Below, one piece after another: positions 11,660-22,653 of a DNA stretch of 64,000 nt. How positions within the stretch are numbered: the stretch's first letter is position 1; each line of letters begins with the position of its first letter. Below the pieces are notes generated by a model. That model was given only the letters and a program-made list of their open reading frames with translations, was not told the origin of the DNA and searched no databases. Both the position numbers and the translations under genes were made by a program. This stretch comes from Amphiscolops sp. MND2022 (Eukaryota), in NCBI GenBank assembly GCA_964187785.1, contig OZ076409.1, forward strand, positions 90,832,001 to 90,896,000, given 5' to 3'.

Positions 11660-14600
11660 TCAACACTTCTTTGACGAAGAAGCTTCGCCCTTGCCCATGG
11701 ACTTCACTGATTCTACTTTACTTTTCTTCGACTTTGTATCGACTGTCTCCTTCGCGCCTCTTTTCCGCCAAAGCAACGAAGCCAAGCTACTGTATTTTTT
11801 CGTCTTACTGGGGCGACCAGAACTCGTCCCACTACCGCCTTGAATGACAGCACTTGCACTTGCGACAGAGGACTCACCACTCTCGGAACACGACACAGTT
11901 ACAGAGTCCGAATGACTGGCAGACTGCCCCTGACTACCACGACGATTTGCAACTCGAAGACGATAATACGCCTCATCTTCCTTCTGAGTCAAATAAGCTT
12001 TGAACAATGCAGTATATCGATTTACAAAGCCGCCATGCCCACCACTGCAAATTCTCTCCCATGGATCAAAATCAACCCGAGACATAAAAACACGTGAATT
12101 GACAATAGCATCGCGGATCGATTCCATAGTATGCTTCGTAAAAAACGATTTCTGACTATAATTTGCCGACAACACACAGCTCTGTACACCGCGGACACAA
12201 GACGACACCACAGGCTCAGGCACGGCACAATTGGATAAATCGATGTCAACAGCAGGGAAACTCTTTTGTGGCCTCAGAATAACCAGGCAGCATAACTTAA
12301 ATGCTCGACACAAATTTTTGCGGGCCAGGAAACTGTAATCAGCCAACAAAAACGAAACTACATCGGGAATATCTTCAGCAATCTGGTCACCACTACTATG
12401 CCGAGAACGAACATCCACTACGAACGACAAAAACTCTTCTGTGGCACCACTAACTTCAGCATCGCTCATCACCTTGCATCGTCCCAATAACGCGACGAGG
12501 TCATTGAACAGGCCAAAGATATATTCATCCCCGCCTTCCAGCAACAACTCGGGACAGAAACAATAGGCATAGCGCAAAAGATCTGCAGCTACAGGACATC
12601 GGGTAAGAATAGCATCCACAAAGCGGTCAATAAAATTGGGACACTGACGACGAAACTCACGCGACTCACCACCTTTGAAATCACGCAAAGTCGCCCCAAA
12701 CTCGTAATTTGCGAGGAAATCGTCGGCAGATATTTTCTCCAAGGCAGCAAGCTTCGAAGAGTCCATGTAGTCATCCCACGAGTTCAATGAAGGCAGTGAC
12801 ACACTCTTACGACTACGGGATAACAACCCATAAACGAACTGACTCAACTCCATGTAGTAGTGGAAACCATAGTCAGCACGTCCGACACGTCGCTTTTTGA
12901 AGGAAACTGCATCTAAAACCCAACACCATATCAGAACAACCCCCTACCAAACACTATAATAAAGTCCTGGTGACTAGGAGCAACTATCAGCATCAAAACA
13001 ACACTATAACAACTGCCTCACGAAAGACGACAAAAACTTACAGAGATCAAGGACGTGGCAAAGTAGTCCAAGACGCAAGACGATCGTGGTGTCACTGCTA
13101 ATCGGCCAATCCAATCCTCGCATCTGCAACGAAACAAAACCCCAACTGTATGATAATATTTAATATAGGACACCCCCTCCCTTCCCTATTATTCGAAACA
13201 ACATGACAAATTGCAAAGAGTACGATTTCCACCCCTCTCGCCCTAACTATAACAAATCACGTGGAACTCACCTTATCGACTTCACATCTGGCATGACCGG
13301 AACCCGTGAATCGTACGAACTCACGCACAATCTTCCAATTAGACACAAGTTCTGATGCTACTGAACACAAATCAGCAAAAGCCACGTGACCAGACAGCAC
13401 ACAACGTCGTAGAGCAGGCGTTCCCTCCATCCATGCCTCTTGAAGCGCACCCCGCAAGCGCAATGTCACAAAGTCGATCACAGAGGCAACATCAAGCCTT
13501 CCGAAGATCTCCTGCTCTGCTAGACGATACCCCCGCAGGAAACTGTCATCTGTAAATTCTTGGCAATACAAAAACTGTCGCCCATCGATGCGGTTGTCGT
13601 TCAGGACACGCAACAATGACACACTACCACCCTGACACGACAGAGGCAACTGACATGAAGGCACACTGTCCATGATACGGGATAGCCCAGCCAACTCACT
13701 CACGGGTACACGCTGACCAGCAGGCTCCACGCGAATGCAAACAGAGAATAGCGCATTGTCATCCCAGGTATGGACAAAACACTCCTGCGTTGTAGCTGTG
13801 TCGACGAAGAAGACACTATACTCTCGGAAAGACGAGTTCCGTGACACGAGTGACCGCAATACTCGGGGAAACAGAGCTTGGCAGATTAACGACTAAAACG
13901 AAACAAGACCTCCAAAACCAAGGAATCAACGACAAATCCTACAATCAAAGAACCACACGCTCAAATACAAACAAACTATATCTGATGTTACAGAATATAA
14001 GACATCTTACCAAAGTTTCAGCTCGATCCCATTTCAAACTGAACAGAGGTTCTTCAGGGCCCAGAGTAGCTCGGAAGCTCCACCACAACTTCCTCAACAG
14101 TGTGTAGCTCCCCCCAGAGCGGAACAGCTCTAGCACACTATTAATCATTGTCATCAAGGGAACGGACGAGTCCACACGGGTACAGGCAGGAAGAAGATCC
14201 TCGGGGAAACTAAAACCTTCTGCCAGACCTTTACTTGGGCGACTCATATAATCCGACACCTGAGCATCACTCAGCTCCATTGGGTCCATCAGACGATTGA
14301 AAATTGGGAGATCGTGCTGCACTCGGTACGTCACGTCCAATTGCCAATGTCGCTTCCCAAAGAAATGTCGGGCAAACTCTGACGCCCCACGCGACTCCAT
14401 AGACACGTCCCGATGACAAATCTTACAAAAGAACAGCTTGTCTGATCCAGTGCTCGAGCCGCTGACGAACAACTGATAGATCGGATTGTCACCAATCATA
14501 TCTCGGCGAAGACGGTTGCGTGGACTATACACTCGCCTACGCTGGCGTTGAGGCCTCAGAGTGCCTTCCAAACTCGTCTCCACCCGAGCCACAAGTTCCT

Positions 14601-15701
14601 GGAACCCTAGAAACACCAGACAACTATAGCGTAACAATAAAGAGCATTTGAATACCAGACGAACACCACCAAACACTCCAAGCTCTTCAAAAAAAAACAC
14701 AACAAAAAATGATGATGAAATGATGAACAAACAAACTAACGGGTGACAAGAGGTTCCATTGTTCGATGCTCCAATTCCGAAGCCAACATCTCTCCCAGAC
14801 GCACTGCTTGCTGGGGGGTACAAGGCAATGCTGGCGCATCAGTAACGTCACCGTCACTGTCAAGCTCAAATCGTAGAACTCGACGGGTCGCCTTGGAAGC
14901 GAGGACCTCACTGCGACTTTGGGAGCGCAGACACCGTGACGAGCTCTGCACAACAGGCTCCTCCTCACAAAATGATGCAGACCCTATACAAATCACCCAA
15001 TTTACACGACTGCAAATACACAACAAACCTAGCAACACCCAGATGAAGAACAAAAAAAAAGAAGAAAAAGAGGAAAGAAAGCCACGAAACAGTTACTAAC
15101 CATGTCCAATTCCTGGACCCCCCGTTTGAAGCTCTCGTCCATCCCTGAAACCACCGAGGAATGACGAAAACCGTGGCGAAGGCGTCTTGTGTAACGCAGA
15201 CTCCGAAGTCTGCCCAGCAGTCTCCTTCCTCTCCTTGGCGAGGGGATCACCCTCACCTACATGAGGGAGTTCAGACCGGGAAAGCAGCTTTGACAACGGG
15301 ACATCAAGGTCATCCTGACAAGTGATGGAGGAATCGCCAGTACCAGCAGGAGCGGCAGGAACAGAGAAAGACGCAGGCTCTACTGTGGAGAGATCGCCGG
15401 GCAAAGGAACCCCGGGAGAGATCGCAGGATCCTCGACAAGAGAACCAGGCAGAACAGTCCCTGAAACAACATTCCCAAATTCGACGCGTCAGAAAATCTA
15501 AGCTGCGAAAGTACAAAATAGAAAGGCCTAACTATCAAAAGTATATTTCGCAAAAGCTTAATGGAAAGCGGGAATAAAAATCCTACCAAGGGCTGGTCGA
15601 CGATCGAGATCCGCATCGCTCTCATGAATATCTCCTTCAGAGAAGACAAATTGAGTCTCGTGGCCACTCTGGAAACCAGATTCAACTCGGCGAGACGACA
15701 T
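11660..15701 (-). CDS. Antisense 7-exon accessory gene of the retrotransposon, ~1089 aa, with BED/hAT-like zinc finger
   Basis: Exons 15701-15587, 15460-15101, 14983-14741, 14606-14011, 13892-13272, 13123-13042, 12912-11660. Six GT-AG introns of 117-148 nt with matching phases (1,1,1,0,0,1), giving 3270 nt with no internal stop. Motif FCKICHRDVSMESRGASEFARHFFGKRH. Confidence 0.85.
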
Positions 15702-15754
15702 CCTTTTCTTTTTCAACAGCAATCTGAAAAAAGAAGAGACGTGAAAACAACAGT

Positions 15755-16080
15755 GAAATTGACGTCGGCATAACGTCGACAAAAGGTTATCTGGGTTAAG
15801 AAATTAATCCAATACCCTAAAATGACGTCATCATAACGGTGACAAAAATGAAAGTTGGCTAATTACCAACGAAATTGACGTCGGCATAACGTCGACAAAA
15901 AGGTTATAGAGATTAAGAGATTAATCCTGTAATCTAAAATGACGTCATCATAACGGTGACAAATTACAAAAGTTAGCTAAGCTAGCGAAAATGACGTCAG
16001 CATAACGTTGACAAGTTTGGTTAAAGGAATTACTTCAATTTCTTGGCCAATAAAAAGAGCTGTCGACATAACGTCAACAA
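15755..16080. repeat. Tandem array (116-bp period, two related motifs per unit) in the divergent promoter region
   Basis: GAAA(T/A)TGACGTC(G/A)GCATAACGT(C/T)GACAA at 15755, 15871 and 15987. AAAATGACGTCATCATAACGGTGACAAA near 15819 and 15936. Partial copy near 16061. Confidence 0.85.
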
Positions 16081-16226
16081 CTGCAGATCGAAAGGATTAA
16101 AAAGATTGATTAACCAATCAGAATGAAGGAATTATCCCAACATTCTCAGTAATCCTAATTATCCGAGGAAATTCATTGTGAAATAATCAAACTCGAAAAA
16201 TAGCAGCCAAGAAATTTCGTCGCAGA

Positions 16227-16958
16227 ATGAGCAACTTGTTAGATATCTACGAACTGATCGACATCTCATCATCAAGCGAGGAGGAGGGCGAAATAACAAG
16301 ATCGTCTACCCCAATACCTAGTGACAGCAGAGCCTATCCGGGGTTAGTCATCGAAATTCTGAACCCATCAGCAGAGGCGAACGCAGATGAAGAGGAATGC
16401 CTTGACCTATCGGTAAATTCACTAGAAACAGAATGCAAGAAAATGAAGCTGAGTGAGTCGTTCTCTAGTTTTGAAACTGTAGAATCGGGACAATACCCCC
16501 ACTCTGAGTCGACCGAAGAAGTTATTGCTGACTCCCCGGAAAGCCCCGATGAAAGCTTGTCTTCGGACATATTCATAGTAGAAGCCTCAGCTGTACAAAC
16601 CGAATCAGTAACAAGTGGCAAAGTAGCCGAATATCTGGAGAAGGTGCAGCAAGAAGACGCCTCTTCATACTTCGTCACGCCCCCTGGTCCGCTGAGAAGA
16701 ATAAATCTGCTGACAACTAGTCCTCTAAACGATCTGGAGGAGCCGAAATTAGCGCTAGGCGAAGCCAAGGAAAACTACACTCGCGAAAATCACCTGCAAC
16801 AGGCGCTCAACTTCTATCAACCCGGTAAAGCCGTTCGCCCTATGACAGTGGCCCTGTCACAGTCCGCTCCCGGACTGGATTGCGGATGCAGGAGAGTTGG
16901 TTTTGGGCGTGGACATGGATGCACCGCAAGACTCACGAAAAGGTATTTTGGCTATTAA
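16227..16958 (+). CDS. Acidic Ser/Glu-rich accessory ORF (243 aa) ending 104 nt inside the 3' LTR
   Basis: ATG-initiated open frame. Its LTR-encoded tail (SQSAP..CGC..GRGHGCT) is conserved in the diverged solo LTR at 60063 (SQPAP..CTYC..GRGHGRT). Confidence 0.7.
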   Translation: MSNLLDIYELIDISSSSEEEGEITRSSTPIPSDSRAYPGLVIEILNPSAEANADEEECLDLSVNSLETECKKMKLSESFSSFETVESGQYPHSESTEEVIADSPESPDESLSSDIFIVEASAVQTESVTSGKVAEYLEKVQQEDASSYFVTPPGPLRRINLLTTSPLNDLEEPKLALGEAKENYTRENHLQQALNFYQPGKAVRPMTVALSQSAPGLDCGCRRVGFGRGHGCTARLTKRYFGY

Positions 16959-19331
16959 CTCAAACTCTAACTAAATTTAAATAAACTGTGACTTGAAACG
17001 CAATAATACTTTTGCCTAGCAAAAATCCCAAATAAAACTAGTGAACGCGTTCTAAATTTTTCATGCTCTCGCAAAATCGAATAAAATAGTACCGGAAATG
17101 TAAAATACACATTTACCGCGCGCAAATTTGGGCGGAAATGAAATAAGGAAGCAAAATAGTCCAAAATGATTTCACGCATGTTTGGCTGGGCGAGTCAACC
17201 ACGACAAATGAAACATTCACAACCTGAAAATTAGAATAAAACTATCCCAAGAATAAAGAGACCATAAGCTAATCTAAATGGAAATACATCAAAACTAATC
17301 CCGAGAAATTACATTTCATTCGGACCTGAATCAGGAAATTACAGCGAGACAACACACCGTGGTAGTTAAGCCTTTTCTTAGAAAGACAGCTTAATTACCT
17401 TTTTGAACAGCAATTAAAGTGATTTAGGACGCCAATACTGCGCTGAGTAAACAAAGCGGCGAAAGAAACAGGAGTACATGTATATTTGTCGTCAGTAAGA
17501 CGCAGACAAGTTTGAAGGCATACCAATTGACGTCACTGCCTCGCATAAGCGTACCAGGAAATCATTCCAATTATCCGCCTATACTAATAGCATTGCTAGA
17601 AACCATTCCAATTTACCACCACTGTGACCTCACTGCTCCGGTAGCTAGCGAGAGACTCATTTCTAAAATACTCGGCAGCATTGCGTCAAACTAGTCAAAA
17701 TCTCTACTCTGCCAAGAAAACTCGTCAACATGACGTTGACAAGTTTATGAGATTCAACTCTGCCAAGAAAACTCGTCAACATGACGTTGACAAGTTTATG
17801 AAATTGAATAAAGTGAATGAATCTGCTGAATTTGGTCAAGTTTTCATCGCGTAAAAGCCGCTATTTCTTAAGGAAAGAAAATTGCAGACTGTTACAAATT
17901 GTATAACGAACGTATTGTTGATTTTCCATGGTTTAAGGTCCCAATTTAGAATGCGTTTTGACACATGTAGAATAATTTCAACCTCACGTTAAGTAACAAT
18001 CATGTATTCTTAACAAGAAGAGAACTTCCGCGCATAAACCATCTTATTACAAGATTCCACAGTAGATTAATTAGGAAGTCACAGTTTATTCTCTCCAACT
18101 AGAAGCTTATTATGTACCAGAAATGTATTTTTCATATATTTTGCATTTTTCGTATTCTACAACATTGAGCGCTGTATTTGTGGCTGTGATCACGTTTTCT
18201 ATATTAATCCATCCGTTGCTGTCCAGTTATTTACGTCATGTTGGTGTTGTCATTTAACAAACGTTGCTGTTAATTTTGTAAATTTTGTCGTGTTTGACAC
18301 GACATGACAAAGTCGCTAACAAATATTATTTCCATATCATGATTTCATTCTCATCTCTAGCATAGGATTGAGTCCAAATTCATAAAATATCGTCCTAGCA
18401 TCGTTCAAATATTCCTATTTTGGAATTAGTCATAGCATTTTTATCAAAGCGAAGTTCAAAATCAGGTATTTGTTGTTCACGTCAGCGTCATCTCAGCGTC
18501 AATTTCCCGCGAACCAAAGCAGTAAAACAGGGAAGCATTTCCGGTTTGACAGACTGAAGTAATATCTACTTCCTGCTTGGGAGGAAGCAAAAGGACGCCG
18601 AGATGAAATGATATGATCAAATTTGATGACTAATACTAAATGAAGATCATCGTGTCTCAAAAATTGACGAAATGTCGACGTAAAATTGGGAACAAAATGA
18701 TTTTTTCATCGAAAATACAGGAAATGACTAATTGTTCAAGGAAAATTAGGGTTTTGCTCGTGATCAAATGATGCTGGGAGGGTATAAATATGATAAGATT
18801 TGATGATTAAGGGACTCAGTCTTTTGCAATTGTATAATTCAGTTGAATTTTCAATTTCACTCTTGCCTTGTTCTACCTTGTCAGAAAAATCTTTGAAAGA
18901 AATACAATTCTTCAAGATCAAACTTTTCTACAAAATGTCAACAACAAGAAGCCAAAAAAGAAGGAACGACCAGCAAAGCACCAATGAGAACGTAAGTGAG
19001 GGCTTGATTTCACCCATAGTAGTAGGAAATCCTTGTTCTTTGAATCAGGGCGATGAAGTAGCGGGGCCTTCTAGACCTAAATCCCCCCGGATTGAAAATA
19101 ATCTCTTTGAAAGCTTGAGAACTTCATTGAAGGAAGAAATAACGTCAGAGATTAAGAACCTTCTTATTGAATCTCAAAAGGAGATGTTGAAACTCCTTAA
19201 ACCTGAAACAAGAGGGATTATTAGGGAAAATACCGAAGAAGAGGTAGAGGAGGAAACCAGAAGTTTCTATACTCCTACAAAATCAGTGAGAATAAGTTCT
19301 ACTCAAAACGACCCAATAGTATGTCGTAACA
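16855..19331 (+). repeat. 3' LTR (2477 bp)
   Basis: Copy of 3113-5589, followed by the TSD GTCCC. Confidence 0.96.
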
Positions 19332-19336
19332 GTCCC

Positions 19337-22330
19337 CAACAGATAAACAAAATACCCACGGGCCAATTTAGCAGATTCTTCTTTCACAGTAGCAATCGTC
19401 TTTTCGGGACTTGGTTGGTTGTCCAAACTTCTCCTCACTAAGGACACGTTGGGACTTTACCCGACAGGACTGTCCAAGTTGAACTTCAGTTTCAAGTGAT
19501 GCAGCAAATCACGGTTTGACAGTGGTCTCAAGTCATCGGGGCACAGCTGAAGGAGTCCTGTCCTGTTCATATCAATGACACGAACTTGGTGCAAATCAAT
19601 TTTGCGCAGGGAGCCACATATTTGGAGGAAGATGAAATTCGTCGCATCCCTTCGTTTGGACGAGCTCCGGTCAAAGCACTTTATATCTTAACAAGACAAG
19701 GCTAAAAATGTAAAACCGTGGTTGGTGCCTTGCATGGGCCCGGAAATAGAACATATGTGTACTATGCAAACTCGACTAAATGACTTCACAAAAAGCGTAG
19801 AAAAATCAAACCAGAGACGGACGGGTATAGGTGAAAGAATGTCTACTTACATTATTGAATGAGAAACGAAAAGAATTCGAGTTTGACCGTGAAGATTTTG
19901 TCTTGTCTCATGGCCCTTTTCAGGCTCTGTGACTGTGAAGGAATTTCGATCAGTTCAGAATGACGACTACAACGACCAATGGCCACCTTTTTGCAAAAAC
20001 AACACCGTTTGGGTATGAAAATAGACCGAATCGAAATTTATATTTACTCCGCTCGTGAACCCTTGCAATTGTTATGTAAGAGATATCAAAATCATGAAAT
20101 TCTAGGTGGAGGTCCAGTTGTTCACGAGATCTGAACCGTTTCCTGGCAGTTGTCTGAGCATGGTATGACGGCGTACAAAACTACAAAACTTAGAGTGCGT
20201 TTGTTCATATGAAGACACAACAGTATTGCATATAATAGTAAAAGGTGCACCTTGTTCAGTTCAAAACATTGGAGTGTCCAGGGCTGTTCCAGACACCCCA
20301 TGAAGAAGACGATTAAATACTTGAATTGAGAAGTCCATTAGGCCGAAATTACAAATTCTTTGCTGATGCATTAAATGGGGCAGTGAAAACACGTCAAAGT
20401 GTAGAGGAAATTGGATTCCGTGGCCTGAGAGCGAAGCACTGTCTACCGCACGAAGTATAACCGAAGGCCAATCAGAGATGCTGACTATGTCAGATTTGGT
20501 CGAAACGCACGAGAGGACACGGGATATGGCCCCAACTGATTTTCAGAATGAAGGTCAGTTAAGTGGTATCTACACAATTCACCTGATGCCAGGAAGTCGT
20601 CTTTCCAATACTTCATTTACAGGTAGCCGTAACTTCCGCGGCTTGTGAACTCGAGAGAAAATACCAGTAGCGGAAATGTGGCCAGCGACGTCCTCAAGTC
20701 CCCGCATGAAGACGTGGTGGAAGTTTTTCTGAAACACAATTGAAAAATTATACATCCGTTTGAGGATGAGAAACCCATAAGGACGGTCTAACGACCCAAA
20801 ATGGTCACTCACGGAGAGATTTGCAGACAACTAATCGAATGGGGAGAACAACTCTGGGTGATTAATGAACTTGCCGGGGTTGGTCCATAAACTCTGCAGG
20901 AGAGAGAATTTCTCTTCTTTCAGAATGATCAGGCTGATAAAAAAGATGACAGTGCTGATCTGAAGTAGTTGGGATTAGATAGGCCCCCAATGTTGGGCAT
21001 ATATTCATCAAAGAAAGTGAATTTGTCTCCGGCGTCAATGAGAGGATCATCGAAGAAAAACGGTTTTCCGTTCTACAGCTCTAGAGTGGTGAGGACGTAA
21101 CTGTCTTTTCCCTCAAGTTAGTGGGTGGCTACCCCAGTGACGACATCCTTGTCCCTGAAAGTGTCCGTAACGCCTTTTTGGTGTTTGCGGCGATGGCTTT
21201 CAGCCTTGTAAAGGCGAAGAACCTCCTTAGCGCCTTTGGAAAAAAAGACACGTTGGTTTTGCAGAATGTACCATAAAATTTGTGTTTATTGTGGATGGGG
21301 TCTCATGTCCGAAAACAAAAATTCTTGTCCACTGGATAGCGTTGAATTATGCGTCCTTCATACACGACACTGTCTAGCTTCCTCCTGAAGTTTTTCGTTT
21401 GCGCGGCCGGCTAGGGATTACTGTTTTTGCAGTCATTAACTGATTATGTGACAAAAGACGCCTATATTCACAGGTCCAGTTGGTGCAGAAACGTTTGGAT
21501 CTTGTATGGCTTCAGTTCCAGCAATGAAATCCAGACAATGGAGGTCTTCGTCAGTGGAGATGGCCACACTAATGAAACTGTCTGTTGTGTAGCCCCTTGA
21601 CCAGAACACTCAGGGCACCGGCGATCAGATGTTCCAAGTAGGTGGGGACAGCTGCAACTGCAGTGACGAAAGGGGGGGGGGGAAATGGACGTCTGTCTTA
21701 GACCTGCAACTGTCCTCACACAATGAAGAGGAAGACGGTGAGATTGGGTGGCAAAGATTGTGGAGATGGAATTGTCAGATCCTATGGCCCTTCTTGGGTC
21801 ATCAACTGCAGTACAAAACATACAGGTGTTTGCCCACTTCTAGGCCCTTCTTCACGGCTGGGACAATGATAGAGCCTTCGTTCTTCTCGCTGGCAAAAGG
21901 AAATGGGCCGCTACTCCGAGAATGAGAGAGTCAACGATAACCTGCCGAAAATGGTATGTAAGGACTTGATTGCTCTGATGGAAATCCCTTTGTCTCCTCC
22001 CCCTGAATAGATAACACAGGCCAGTGTATACGGGCCAGTATATAACCCCTCTCATACGTTCAGCCGGAATGAAGCCCCATAACAAGTCTTAGAAGCAGTT
22101 GCCAATCACCTCCAAGGCATGGAATTAGTGGAAAATACGTCATTATTCAACTGCTCAGATTGCATATTGCGTGGAATATCTGGGCAACGAACTCCTAACG
22201 AGGCTGTCTCCGACGCCCTAATAAAGACGTATATCTCAAGCGCTCAGCAACTCGACGCTAGGAGGCATGCAGGTCGGGACGTTTTTACTGTTACCTGGGG
22301 GAGTGTCCCACGCTGCCGCTTGTGATGGGA
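19337..22330 (-). pseudogene. Decayed 5' part of the same antisense-gene homologue
   Basis: 21290-21192 reads KHKFYGTFCKTNVSFF/SKGAKEVLRLYKAESH (one frameshift), aligning with DKLFFCKICHRDVSMESRGASEFARHFFGKRH. The outer boundary is approximate. Confidence 0.6.
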
Positions 22331-22653
22331 ATGTCTATACTATGGATCAAAGCAGGCCAGATGTCCCACATGGAACAATACGTTGACAGAAAATAAACTA
22401 TCATGATTGGGACTTTTATACTTTCCTGCAAAATATGTAAACTTTGTTAATTTGATTGCATTCAATAATTGACAGCAAGTTCTACTGACAGGCAGAAAGG
22501 AATAGTGTTCGTATGTTTTAGCATATTTACCAAACAGTGCTCTATCTTCATTCACCGCTTTGTTTGCAGTTGGTATATTATACTTACAATTAGTCGGAAC
22601 TGACAAGTAAGGCCGCGCGGCATAACAGATCTGAATATGCAATTACTAGATGC

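Larger units (their letters stand above)
3113..19331 (+). mobile_element. Full-length Ty3/Gypsy LTR retrotransposon (16,219 bp) with long LTRs and accessory genes
   Basis: Direct repeats 3113-5589 and 16855-19331 (offset 13742), each TGTCAC...GTAACA. 5-bp TSD GTCCC at 3108-3112 and 19332-19336. Domain order gag, PR-RT-RH-IN. Confidence 0.97.

Noticed and set aside
15755..16080. CRISPR-like array of palindromic repeats
   Set aside because: The spacers are themselves duplicated at a 116-bp period, there are no cas genes, and the context is a eukaryotic retroelement.
11660..16958. env gene downstream of pol
   Set aside because: No signal peptide, fusion-type or transmembrane segment was recognised, and the main gene is antisense and spliced.
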